NCBI GenBank assembly: GCA_963790185.1
Contig: CAWBNR010000010.1
Span: 91,499-155,498, forward strand
Length of the DNA: 64,000 nucleotides
Source: an uncultured Thermoleophilia bacterium
GTDB lineage: Bacteria > Actinomycetota > Thermoleophilia > UBA2241
Reading direction: 5' to 3'
In this document: in pieces, positions 27,197 through 36,393 of the stretch
Numbering within the stretch: the stretch's first letter is position 1
How the letters are laid out: every line of letters begins with the position of its first letter
Translations under genes and position numbers: made by a program
The notes under the pieces: generated by a model
What the model was told of the DNA's origin: nothing
Seen by the model: only the letters and a program-made list of their open reading frames with translations
Database searches by the model: none

Positions 27197-27517
27197 GTGA
27201 AGATTCGCTCAGACAGAGACATCGGGGTGCGTATTGCCGGCCTGCTTGGCGATCGGCCCCAGCGAGAGCTTGCCGAGGCGGTGGGCATGCAGCCACCCGT
27301 GCTGAGTCGGGCACTGGCGGGCGAGAGGGCGTTCAACATGTCTGAGGTCGTCGATATCGCTGACTACCTTGGAGTCCCCGCCGAGGAGCTGCTGTTCGAT
27401 GAGCAGCCGGCGTTCGTCAAGCGCGGTGCGGCGGACGATGGCGCCACGAACGACGCCATCGTCCGCTGTTCGAGACTCATCGACGCCATGCTGCAGATCG
27501 AGGCCGTCGGCCGATGA
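27197..27517 (+). CDS. XRE-family HTH regulator
   Basis: The HTH segment RELAEAVGMQPPVLSRALAGERAFNMSEVVDIADYLGV is present. GTG 27197 follows GGAGGGAGG. Confidence 0.7.
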   Translation: MKIRSDRDIGVRIAGLLGDRPQRELAEAVGMQPPVLSRALAGERAFNMSEVVDIADYLGVPAEELLFDEQPAFVKRGAADDGATNDAIVRCSRLIDAMLQIEAVGR

Positions 27518-28308
27518 CCTACATCTCCGAGCTCGAGAGGGGTGAGGCGGCCGCCAGACTGGCTCGCGTTCGCCTCGGCCTGGGGCTCGAGGTGCCGGTG
27601 GCGGACATCGTGCTCGGGATCGAGGACCTCGCGGGCATCCCCGTCACGGTGCTCGCGCTGCCGGGGGGGCTTGCCGGCCTCCAAGGCCGCAAGCACGACC
27701 GCAGCTTCATCTTTGTGAATGGGGCCGACTCGGCGGTGCGGCAGCGTTTCACCCTCGCTCATGAGTTCGGGCACGTCGAGCTGGGTCACATCGGGTCGGT
27801 GGACTACACGACGGACGTGTTCGGTGAACGGGGCCGGCCGCCGGCAGAGGTCCAGGCCGACGGGTTCGCGAGCGAGTTCCTCGCTCCAGCCGATGGGGTA
27901 CGACGCTGGCTGGCAGCGATGGGCGAGCCACCTGACGACCTCGATACCGTCGTGCGTCTCGCGGAGTACTTCCATGTCAGCGCTGAAGCCGCTCTCTATC
28001 GCCTGCAGAGGGCACGGCACCTGACCAAAGGCAGGGTCGAGGCCATCAAGTCGCGCATCGCTGCGGGCGAGCACAGTGCACTCTGCCGTCGTCTGGGCCT
28101 GGGCGAGCACGAAGACACACTGAGCCACGCACACGGCGACCTGCCGCGCATGCCTCGGGCCACCATCACGGAGGCCGCCACCGCCTACGAGCGCGGCCTC
28201 CTGACGGTCGAGCAGATCGCGCGACTTCTCGAGGTCGACCCGGATCGCGTGCACGGCGAGTTCGACCGTCGCGGCATTCAGCCGGGCCGCCACGAGCCAG
28301 ACTACTGA
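27514..28308 (+). CDS. ImmA/IrrE-family (COG2856) zinc metallopeptidase
   Basis: The HEXXH motif lies within FTLAHEFGHVELGH. There is an ATGA overlap with the XRE stop. Confidence 0.8.
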   Translation: MTYISELERGEAAARLARVRLGLGLEVPVADIVLGIEDLAGIPVTVLALPGGLAGLQGRKHDRSFIFVNGADSAVRQRFTLAHEFGHVELGHIGSVDYTTDVFGERGRPPAEVQADGFASEFLAPADGVRRWLAAMGEPPDDLDTVVRLAEYFHVSAEAALYRLQRARHLTKGRVEAIKSRIAAGEHSALCRRLGLGEHEDTLSHAHGDLPRMPRATITEAATAYERGLLTVEQIARLLEVDPDRVHGEFDRRGIQPGRHEPDY

Positions 28309-28314
28309 GTCTTC

Positions 28315-28899
28315 ATGCGCTCGCAGTCGGCAGAGGAGCTTCTGCTCGACGCCAGCGTGCTCTGTCGCTTCGCCGAGCACGGGCTGCTTGCTGCACTCCG
28401 TAGCTACCTGGCCGACCGTGCTCGCATCACGCGTGAGGTCGAGCGCGAGCTGCTTCGTCTTGCCGATACTTCGGAGTTCCGGCAGCTCCATGACCACCTC
28501 GCCAGCGCTGGGTCGGTTGCGCGAGTGCGAGGAAGGTGGCCCAAGCGGACCAAGAACCTGCCCGATGGTCTGAAGCCCGAGTTCGCGAGGATCCTCGGCC
28601 TGAAGCGCTCGCTCGGCGAGCACGAGCGCGCCCACGCGGGCGAGATTGCCACGGTACTCATGGCCGCTCACCGCCACACGAGCTTGGTTGTGATCGATGA
28701 CAACTGGGGGAGCGACCTCGCGAGGAAGACCTACGGCCTCGATGTGATGTCGACCGCACGGCTCGCTCAGGAGATGGTCGTCGCCGGTGCGCTTCCCGTG
28801 GGCGAGGGTTTCAAGGTGTTCGACAGCGCCACGCCTCGCGACGTAGGACGCGCGCGATACGACGCGAGCCTGCAACGACTGCGTTCGAAGGGCTCATGA
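28315..28899 (+). CDS. PIN-like nuclease domain protein
   Basis: The acidic quartet context is LLLDASVL, TREVEREL, AGEIATVLMA and LVVIDDNWG. Confidence 0.55.
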   Translation: MRSQSAEELLLDASVLCRFAEHGLLAALRSYLADRARITREVERELLRLADTSEFRQLHDHLASAGSVARVRGRWPKRTKNLPDGLKPEFARILGLKRSLGEHERAHAGEIATVLMAAHRHTSLVVIDDNWGSDLARKTYGLDVMSTARLAQEMVVAGALPVGEGFKVFDSATPRDVGRARYDASLQRLRSKGS

Positions 28900-28994
28900 G
28901 CGCACCAGGGGCGTCGCGCCTGTCACGCTCCGCACTGGGCTGGCTGTCCCGCGCCTGCCGCTCCGTCCGGGCCGGCTGCTACGCTGTCGTCTGA

Positions 28995-30349
28995 GCCGGC
29001 ATCGACTTCCTGGGGTTTCCGCAACGCACCACATCATTCACCGCGGCCAGCACGAGATCGGCGGCATGTGCATCGAGGTTGCCGCCGATGACGGCACGCG
29101 TGCCGCGAGAGACGGGACGTGCGCGCGGCCGGCGGCACGCGCGTACTGCTCGACCTCGGCATGCCGCTCACGGCGCCGGACGGCGGCGACTTCCCGCGCG
29201 GCACGCCGCAGCGGCCGACCGAGGAGCTGATCGCCGAGGGCGTCCTGCGCGACGTCCCCGGCGTCTTCCCGCACGACCCGACGGCGCCGGCCGTCGCGGC
29301 CATCGTCCTCACGCACTCGCACCTCGACCACTACGGCCTCGCCCACCACGCGCACCCGGCCATCCCGGTGTACGGCAGCGAGGGGACGATCGCGATCCTC
29401 GAGGTCGGGCGCGTGTTCTTCCCCGACGCCGCGCTGCCGCCGACCTGCGCCTGCTTCCCGACCGACGAGACGCTGCGCTTCGGCGGCGGCTCGACGCGGC
29501 TGCACCGTGACGCATCCCCGTCGACCACGCGGCGCCGGACTCGCGCGCGCTGCTCGTCGAGGCCGACGGGCAGCGCCTGCTCTACACCGGCGACCTGCGC
29601 GCCCACGGCCGCACCGGCTTCCGCTTCGAGAACCTGCTCGCCGACGAGCGCGTGCGCGGCGTCGACTGGCTGCTCGTGCGAGGGCACGACGCTGGGCTCG
29701 TCCGGCGGCACGCACGGGCTGCGCTCGCGAGGCCGACGTCGAGGAGCGAGCTCGCTCGAGCTCGCGCGCGGCGAGCCGGACAAGCTCATCGCCGTCGCCG
29801 CCTCGGGCCAGAACCTCGACCGCCTCGTCTCCTGCTTCCGCGCCGCGAGGCGCAGCGGCCGCCAGCTCGTCGTCGACGCCTACCAGGCCTACGTGCTCAT
29901 GCAGCTCGCGCCGCTCTCGCCGAGCATCCCGCAGGTCGACTGGGACGGCGTGCGCGTCAAGCTTCGCGCCGCACCAGGTCGAGCGCCTCAAGGAGGCCGG
30001 CCTCATGGACCTCGCCCGCGAGATGAGCGAGCAGGGCCGCGTCTCGAGCGACCGAGCTCGCCGCGCAGCCGGGGCGCTTCCTCATGTGCACGCGCGGCAG
30101 CTGCGGCGTGACGAAGCTCTTCGACAAGGTCGGCGCCGGACCGCGTCGTCCTCGTCTGGTCGATGTGGCGCGGCTACTGGGAGCGCGACGGCGCGCGATG
30201 CGCGAGTGGGCCGACGCGCCACGGCGTCGAGGCGCACTTCGTCCACAGCGGCGGCCACGCGTGGCCCGAGGACCTCGCGCCGGCTGGTCGAGGCGATCGC
30301 GCCGAAGCACAAGCCGGTATGGGTGCATACGGAGGCGGCTGCCGGCTGA
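28995..30349 (+). pseudogene. MBL-fold metallo-hydrolase (RNA-processing/beta-CASP-like), with several +1 shifts as sequenced and an unresolved 5' end
   Basis: The fragments are HEIGGMCIEV, GTRVLLDLGMPL, IVLTHSHLDHYG, LLYTGDLRAHG and ...GGHAWPEDLARLVEAIAPKHKPVWVHTE. Confidence 0.6.
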
Positions 30350-30500
30350 TCCTGCAGCCCCCCTGATGAACGTCACACCTGCCGACGGTCAGCATCCTTG
30401 AGCGCCTTCCCGCCACCGGCGAAGCTCGGGGGCTGCGCCGGGGTTGGGCTCACACCCATCGTCGTTGGCCGCTACGGCGCGCCGTCGAAGGGTGCATCAT

Positions 30501-30884
30501 TTGTGGTACACTGGCAGCAGAGCGACGACAGGCGGCGGCAGGGGGCCGATCCTGCATGTCGTCTTCTATCGCTCCGGCATCGGCAGCGAGCCGGTGCGCG
30601 AATGGCTTCTGGCCCTGAATCGTGAAGATCGAAGGACCATCGGCGACGACATCAAGACGGCACAGTACGGGTGGCCTCTGGGTATGCCCCTGATCGGCAA
30701 GCTCGAGCCGGGTCTCTGGGAAGTGAGGTCTCGCGTTCGCAGTGGGACTGCGCGAGTGATGTTCACGGTCGACGGCGACACCATGGTCCTCCTGCACGGT
30801 TTCGTCAAGAAGTCGGCGAAGACCCCGACGGCGGACCTCAAGACAGCGCGCCGGCGCCTCGCGAGAGCACAGGGAGCAACGTGA
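30501..30884 (+). CDS. Gp49/DUF891-type HigB/RelE-superfamily toxin. The start is uncertain, with in-frame candidates 30444, 30492, 30501 and 30552.
   Basis: The sequence reads VVFYRSGIGSEPVREWLLALNREDRRTIGDDIKTAQYGWPLGMPLIGKLEPGLWEVRSRV...VLLHGFVKKSAKTP. Confidence 0.75.
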   Translation: MWYTGSRATTGGGRGPILHVVFYRSGIGSEPVREWLLALNREDRRTIGDDIKTAQYGWPLGMPLIGKLEPGLWEVRSRVRSGTARVMFTVDGDTMVLLHGFVKKSAKTPTADLKTARRRLARAQGAT

Positions 30885-31165
30885 TGGATGAGCCGCATAT
30901 CGGCAGTGACTTCGACGACTTCCTGCGGGACGAAGGCCTTCTGGACGACGCGGAGGCTACCGCCGCGAAGCGTGTGGTCGCCTTTCAGATCGGGCAGGAG
31001 ATGAAGCGCGCACGGCTGACGAAGTCGGAGATGGCGCACCGCATGAAGACGAGCCGGCCCGCAGTCGATCGTCTCCTCGACCCGGCCAACCGCTCCGTCA
31101 CGCTCTCAACGCTCGAGCGTGCGGCGGCGGCAGTCGGCAAGAAGCTCAGGATCGAGCTGATGTAG
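30884..31165 (+). CDS. XRE/HigA-like antitoxin
   Basis: There is a TGATG overlap with the toxin stop. The segment GQEMKRARLTKSEMAHRMKTSRPAVDRLLDP is present. Confidence 0.7.
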   Translation: MDEPHIGSDFDDFLRDEGLLDDAEATAAKRVVAFQIGQEMKRARLTKSEMAHRMKTSRPAVDRLLDPANRSVTLSTLERAAAAVGKKLRIELM

Positions 31166-31262
31166 AGGCTCGGCCAGCGGGAGGGCATGACCGTCCCGAG
31201 CTCAGGTCCCGGTGAGCCTGTCGTAGATCCGCGACGAGGTCTTCGCGGCGGCGCAATTGTCG

Positions 31263-31298
31263 GCGGCCGGCCGGCCCGTTCCCGGGCCGGCCGGCCGC
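31263..31298. terminator. Perfect 16-bp GC hairpin between the convergent higA-like and M6 peptidase genes
   Basis: The sequence is GCGGCCGGCCGGCCCG-TTCC-CGGGCCGGCCGGCCGC. Confidence 0.55.
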
Positions 31299-31437
31299 CG
31301 TTGTCGCCGCCGCTGCAGAGCTGTCGGCGCTCCTCAGATATGTGTGAGCGCCCGTTGCCGCTCCGTCAGGCTGCGGCCCCCCCTGAGCGCTGCAACGCGT
31401 GCCTCAGCGCCCTCTTGGGCTCAGCGTCGCCTTTCCC

Positions 31438-33549
31438 TCAGCTCCGCTTCGCCTTACCTTTCGTGATTGTGATCTTGGCCGGGGCGGCGAAGGTGCCGTC
31501 CGGGTGGTTGGACACGATCCCGTAGATCTTGCCCTTGATGTTGGCGGTCGCGATGGTGGCGCGACCGGCGAGGCCGGGCTCCATCTCGGGGCCGACGAGC
31601 GACTTGACGACGTAGGGCACGTCGCCGGCCTCCGTGTAGGCGGCGTAGGCGTCGGCCGTCCAGTCGTTGTTCTGCAGGCCGGTCGTGAAGGTCCAGCCGT
31701 CGGCGACCCAGTCGTTCTCGGTGTCGCACGGGTCGACGAAGGCTCCGGCGGAGATGTCGTCGACGTACCAGCCCTGGCCGTTCACGGCCTCGTCGGTCAT
31801 GTAGCGGAAGCGCACGAAGACGGTGCCGCTGAAGCCGGTGAGATCGAAGCTCGCCGGCTGCCAGTCGCCGGACTTGCCCGTGAAGCCGCCGACGCCGTCG
31901 AAGGCGGTGGAGGCGTTCACGTCCTCAGTCGCGACCGGCAGGCTGCTGAGCTGGGGCAGGACACTCCAGTTCGTGCCGTCGCTCGAGGCCTCGACGTAGC
32001 CGTAGTCCCACTCGGACTCGATGTCGAACCAGGTGAGGAAGTCGAGCGTTGCGCCCTCGGGCACGTCGTCGATCTGCCGCGCCAGTGTGTTGACCAGCAG
32101 AGCGCCCATGCCGCCGTACCACTCGTACTCACCGGTGGTCGGTGGCAGACCCGTCTCCGCCGGGCCCTTGAAGACGACGGTGACGCCCGGCTTCGTGGGC
32201 GTGAGGTAGCGGTAGTACGCGCCCCACGGCTCGGTCATCGCGCGGCGCTCGGCCGGCTTCATCGTCGGCATCGCGAAGTTGTAGCCGGTCTTGTAGAAGT
32301 TGATGCCGTCGTCGATCGTCACGAAGTCGGAGTCCTCGGTGCCGATCGCGAGGTTCGTGTAGTTCCACTGCGGCTCGTCGACCTTGCCGTCGAGCAGGTT
32401 GCAGAGCGTCCAGTCGTGGAAGAGACGCTCGATCTCGTCCATCCCGCCGCAGAAGTCGGCCTGACCCTCGAGGCCGTTGGTCTGGTTGTGCATGATGTTC
32501 CAGATCAGGGCGTCGCCCGGGTCGGCGAACTTGGCGTCGGTCTCGGCGAACATGTCGTCCTCGAAACCGGCGGCGATGCGGTCATCGAGCGGTGCCATCA
32601 TCGGGATCCGGTCCTCGTAGCCCGGGACCTGCTCCCACAGGTAGTCGGTCCACAGGGTCACGCTGCCGTAGTCCTCGAGCGCTACGCCGTTCCACGTGAT
32701 GAGCGAGTCGCGGTGCAGCCAGAGATACGAGCCGATCTGGCCGGCGCTGGCGTAGTTGCCGTAGAGGAGCTGCTCGGCGATGCAGGCCATGCCCTCGTCG
32801 ACGAAGCCGTCCTCGTCGGCGTCCACGTCGTGATGGATCAGATGCTCGAACTCATGGGCTACGACGCCCTCGTAGAGGTACGGGCGAGCCACGTCCTCAC
32901 CGAGGCGGTCCCTCCAGTTGTACGAGTCGATGAAAACCGCGTTGATCCCCATCTCGTCGTTGAAGCCGCCCCAGAAGTAGCCCGCGATGTAGTACGGGTA
33001 GTCCGAGTAGTACGCCTCGTCACGGATGTTGTAGACGAGGATCGCCGCGCGACTGCCGTCCATGCCCGTCTCGAAGGCGCGCGCTTCGTAGTTGCCGAAG
33101 TGGAAGACGTCGGACTCCCAGATCTTCGCGTCGAACTCGGCGCCTATGTAGGCGATCTGCTCGGCTGTGATCTCCTGATCCTGCTGCGTCGAGGCCTCGG
33201 GCGCCGCCAGGTCGTTCCAGCCGATGTAGATGTCGGCGTGCTCGCCCTCGTACTCCTTCCAGAACGCGACGTCGAACGTCTCGGGGTTGTTCGGGTCGTC
33301 GCTGGTCAGGGTGAGGATGAAGTCGGCCGTGCTCTCGTCGTAGACCTCGCCCGCGGCCAGGATCTCGTTGAGCAGGGATCCCAGTGGTGCGGTCTGGACG
33401 GGCGGCGCGACGTTCTTGAGCGCCTGCGTGCTGTCGTACGGGATGTCTGTCTGCGGCAGCGTCGTGGCGGCGATGGCCGGTGCGGCCGCGAGCAGAAGGA
33501 CCGTCACGGCGAACACCACCGCGACCGTCAGGAAACGGAACCCCCTCAT
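31438..33549 (-). CDS. Secreted M6-family metalloprotease (immune inhibitor A-like), intact
   Basis: The start MRGFRFLTVAVVFAVTVLLLAAAPAIAA (ATG 33549 after AGGAGAGG) was chosen over 33744. The HEXXH motif lies within VVAHEFEHLIHHDVDADEDG. Confidence 0.85.
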   Translation of the reverse strand: MRGFRFLTVAVVFAVTVLLLAAAPAIAATTLPQTDIPYDSTQALKNVAPPVQTAPLGSLLNEILAAGEVYDESTADFILTLTSDDPNNPETFDVAFWKEYEGEHADIYIGWNDLAAPEASTQQDQEITAEQIAYIGAEFDAKIWESDVFHFGNYEARAFETGMDGSRAAILVYNIRDEAYYSDYPYYIAGYFWGGFNDEMGINAVFIDSYNWRDRLGEDVARPYLYEGVVAHEFEHLIHHDVDADEDGFVDEGMACIAEQLLYGNYASAGQIGSYLWLHRDSLITWNGVALEDYGSVTLWTDYLWEQVPGYEDRIPMMAPLDDRIAAGFEDDMFAETDAKFADPGDALIWNIMHNQTNGLEGQADFCGGMDEIERLFHDWTLCNLLDGKVDEPQWNYTNLAIGTEDSDFVTIDDGINFYKTGYNFAMPTMKPAERRAMTEPWGAYYRYLTPTKPGVTVVFKGPAETGLPPTTGEYEWYGGMGALLVNTLARQIDDVPEGATLDFLTWFDIESEWDYGYVEASSDGTNWSVLPQLSSLPVATEDVNASTAFDGVGGFTGKSGDWQPASFDLTGFSGTVFVRFRYMTDEAVNGQGWYVDDISAGAFVDPCDTENDWVADGWTFTTGLQNNDWTADAYAAYTEAGDVPYVVKSLVGPEMEPGLAGRATIATANIKGKIYGIVSNHPDGTFAAPAKITITKGKAKRS

Positions 33550-33655
33550 AGTGCCTCTCCTTGTCCGGTTTCTCCCATCCAAAGAGCGGGAAGGCGGGCC
33601 CAACGCCCGGCGCGCTGTGATGCGCGACGGGCCGTCTCCGCCCATTCTCGGGCAC

Positions 33656-33745
33656 ATAGTAGACCCTTTGGCGTGCCGTTGTACACGCATTGCAGGACGA
33701 CCAAAGTCGTGGAGTCGTGAGGGATGTGTTGCCAACCGTGGCAAC
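33656..33745 (-). promoter_or_regulatory. Promoter-like region of the intact M6 gene. It has -10 TACTAT (33661-33656), an 18-nt spacer, -35-like TGTACA (33685-33680), then 42 nt to the palindrome GTTGCC-N6-GGCAAC (33728-33745).
   Basis: The same architecture with identical spacings occurs at 36272-36361. Confidence 0.5.
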
Positions 33746-33770
33746 GGACCTGATGGTGACGAAAAGATGC

Positions 33771-33804
33771 GACGAGGCCCCCGGATCGCTCCGGGGGCCT
33801 CGTC
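33771..33804. terminator. Perfect 14-bp hairpin downstream of the second M6 paralog
   Basis: The sequence is GACGAGGCCCCCGG-ATCGCT-CCGGGGGCCTCGTC. Confidence 0.55.
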
Positions 33805-33852
33805 GCCTTACTCGCTGCGGACGCGTCGTGCGACGTGCCGCGATGCGTCCCG

Positions 33853-36126
33853 CTACTCGATGAGCTGAGGCGCGGTCACCTGGATGGCCATGTACGAGCC
33901 GCCGTCGGCCGACATGACTGTGCTGAGGACTTCGATCATCGTCCCCGAGTGCGGGTGATCGACGCTGTTGAGCGGGATCCGCTCGTTGTAGTACTCCAGC
34001 AGGTCGTCGAAGACCGAGACCGCCGGCAGGCTCGGGATGTGTAGAGCTTGGAGTTGTAGTGGAGCGGGAGCGCGTCGGTCGGCTGCGAGCCCGAACGTCG
34101 AGTCGTACGACTGGATCCGGTTGCGCCAGCAGCTGGCGCTCTTGTTGTTCTTGCCGCCGCGCGTCAGCGCTACCGGGTGCGCGTCGACCGGCAGCGCGAA
34201 GCCGTGACCCGGATGCACGCGCGGTGTTGTTGTCCGCCTGCGACGTGTCGCAGTACCACACGAGCAGTCCGTCCTGGTACGGGAAGCGCTCGGCCCAGTT
34301 CGGCATGGCGTCCTTGCCCGTCAGGTTGCCCCAGTTGTAGCGTTGGTGAGCGCCACGTCGTAGCCCCAGTACTGCCGGTACTCGGCCAGGTAGTAGTTCC
34401 AGTAGTAGCCGCTCTCGTAGCCGGTCGTCGTCTTGAAGCCGTCGAACGTCCAGCCGGCGTCGGTCTCGGCGCCGTCGAGCTCCGGCACCGGTGATGCGCG
34501 ATGTCGTCGACCATGAACCCGACCTCGGCCACGCCACCGTCGGTGATGTAGCTGAAGCCGAGCAGCACGTCGCCCTCGTATGCCGAGAGGTCGGCGGTGA
34601 GGTCGACCCAGTCCGTCGGAGAACCCGTCGATGCCGTTCGCCTCCACCGTGGAGTCGACAGGTTCGTGGGCACCGTGTCCCACGTGAGCGCCGCCGTCGG
34701 TCGAGACGATGAGGTTCGCGTAGTCGTAGCCCTTCTCGATGCCGTAGTTCACCATGCGCCGAGAGCGCGCGCCCGCAGGCAGCGTGAACGCCTTCGTCAT
34801 CTCGTTGCGGAGGTTGTCGCCCTTGCCGCTGTAGTAGAAGTTCTCGCCCGCGTACGGATCGCCGATGTTCCACGACACGAACTTGTCGGGCAGGTTCACC
34901 GAGCAGCGCCTGCGGCTGCGTGGAGTTGTACTCCACCGGCCCCAGCGTGCAGCTCGGCGGTCTCGCCCGGCTCGGCGACCGCGTAGTCGAGCCAGCCGAG
35001 CTGCAGCTTCTCCCACGGACCCTGGTGGTCGGGCGCCGAGCCGAGGTCGTAGTCCAGCTGTCGGACAGCCACGAACCGCAGTACATGAGCGTCCAGAAGC
35101 CGTGCCGTTGTCGCCGTAGTGTGTCGTAGAGGTCCGGCAGCGCCGAGGTCGTGCGTGTACTCGTGCGCGAACACGCCCACGCCGCCGTTCTCCGGCTGGA
35201 TCGTGTAGTCGCCGATCCAGTAGCTGCTGTCGCCGATCTTGATGCCGCCGAGCAGGTACTCCGCCGACGGGCCGGTCTTGCCGATGTCGGCGTAGTTCGC
35301 GTACCAGCTGTGGCTCCAGATGGCCTCGTCGCCGAGCTCGCCGCCGCCGGCCTCTTCACCCTCGCCCGAGTGCAGCGACTGGTAGTGGTCGATGTAGCCG
35401 TCCGGCTCGTTGAAGTCGCCGTCGCCGTCCCAGTCGTAGCGGTCGTACTCGTCGAACTGCGCCAGGTACGCGTCGATCTCGGCGGGCGTCTTGCCCGCCG
35501 CGATCTGCTGCTCGTACCAGCCGTCGAGCGAGTCCGCGAGGAACAGCCACACGTTCTCGGAGGTGTCGTCGTTGGCGTTGCCGTCGTCGTAGACGGTCGT
35601 GAGTCTCCGGGCACCGTCACCCAGTCGACACAGTCGCCGTCGACCGTGTAGCGCCCGCTCGACATCTCGAGGAAGTACTCGGCCATCGAGTTGACGCCCT
35701 CGCCGCGCGTGTACAGCATCTCGTCGAAGTAGGCCTCGCTGAAGTCCTCGACCCAGATCGTGGTGTTGTCGACGGTCGCGGTCGGGCTCCGGGATGCTGT
35801 TGTGCGGGTAGTCCGAGAACTCGCCGGGGACCGTCCACACCATGCCGGTACCCGTGATCGCGAGCGCCACGAACTCGCCCGGCGCGACCTCGTAGATCGT
35901 CGCCCTTGGCCTGACCCGTGACCTTGTCCTCGAGCGCCGTCGCCTTGAGCGCGGCCTTCTTGTCGCCGAGCGGGTGTGAGCGCTTGTCCACCCTCTTCAC
36001 GACCTTGGCCTTCGCCGGCGAGTCGGCGGCGATCCGCGCCGACGCGATCGGGACGGCGACTACCGCCACGAGTGCCAGCACGAGCAGCGTCAGGATGACG
36101 GCCGTGCGGCGTGTGGTACCCCTCAT
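33853..36126 (-). pseudogene. Second M6 immune-inhibitor-A-like metalloprotease paralog, fragmented as sequenced by many frame shifts
   Basis: The signal peptide is MRGTTRRTAVILTLLVLALVAVVAVPIASA (ATG 36126). Fragments include WTVPGEFSDYPHNS, TIWVEDFSEAYFDEMLYTRGEGVNSMAEYF and GVGVFAHEYTHDLG (HEXXH). The C-terminus is ...GGSYMAIQVTAPQLIE. Confidence 0.75.
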
Positions 36127-36271
36127 ACCCCTCTCCTCTCTTCGCTGTCTGCACTTGTCGTGCGTCGTTCTGGTCTTCTGGGGCGCCGCGCCGGCGGATG
36201 CCGGTGCGGCTGCGAGTGCAGGGACAAGCCGATGTCGGCCCCCCGGCCGTCTCCACCCCTTCTTGCGCGCC

Positions 36272-36361
36272 ATTCTAGGCGCTTTCGCGTGCCCTTGTAC
36301 ACATATCGCAGGACGAGCAGCGTCGTGGGGACGGGGACGAGGTGTTGCCAAGGCCGGCAAC
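36272..36361 (-). promoter_or_regulatory. Promoter-like region of the second M6 paralog. It has -10 TAGAAT (36277-36272), an 18-nt spacer, TGTACA (36301-36296), then 42 nt to the palindrome GTTGCC-N6-GGCAAC (36344-36361).
   Basis: It is alignable over about 120 nt with 33620-33745. Confidence 0.5.
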
Positions 36362-36393
36362 GCGGGCGTGTCGCGCGAGCCGGCCGGCAGATC

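Noticed and set aside
27364-28875. A 503-aa minus-strand ORF. Similar giant ORFs are 42037..44715(-), 59008..61236(-), 31399..33720(+), 15222..16325(-), 4727..6046(+) and 38177..39601(-).
   Set aside because: These are antisense or off-frame shadows of well-supported genes (ImmA/PIN, recN, smc, M6 protease, mod, M28, dxs). Their composition is Arg/Ala/Gly/Pro-rich, which is typical of non-coding frames in about 70% GC DNA. No motifs were found.
29078-29150. An apparent small duplication in the MBL hydrolase N-terminus (AADDGTR versus AAGGTR).
   Set aside because: It lies within a dense frameshift patch. I cannot distinguish a real duplication from mis-called bases without reads.
33020-36256. 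A 1078-aa minus-strand ORF spanning both M6 protease genes.
   Set aside because: It is a composite. Only short internal stretches (for example VDNTTIWVEDFSEAYFDEMLYTRGEGVNSMAEYF) are the true frame of the second paralog. The remainder is an Arg-rich off-frame read-through across the intergenic promoter and terminator.
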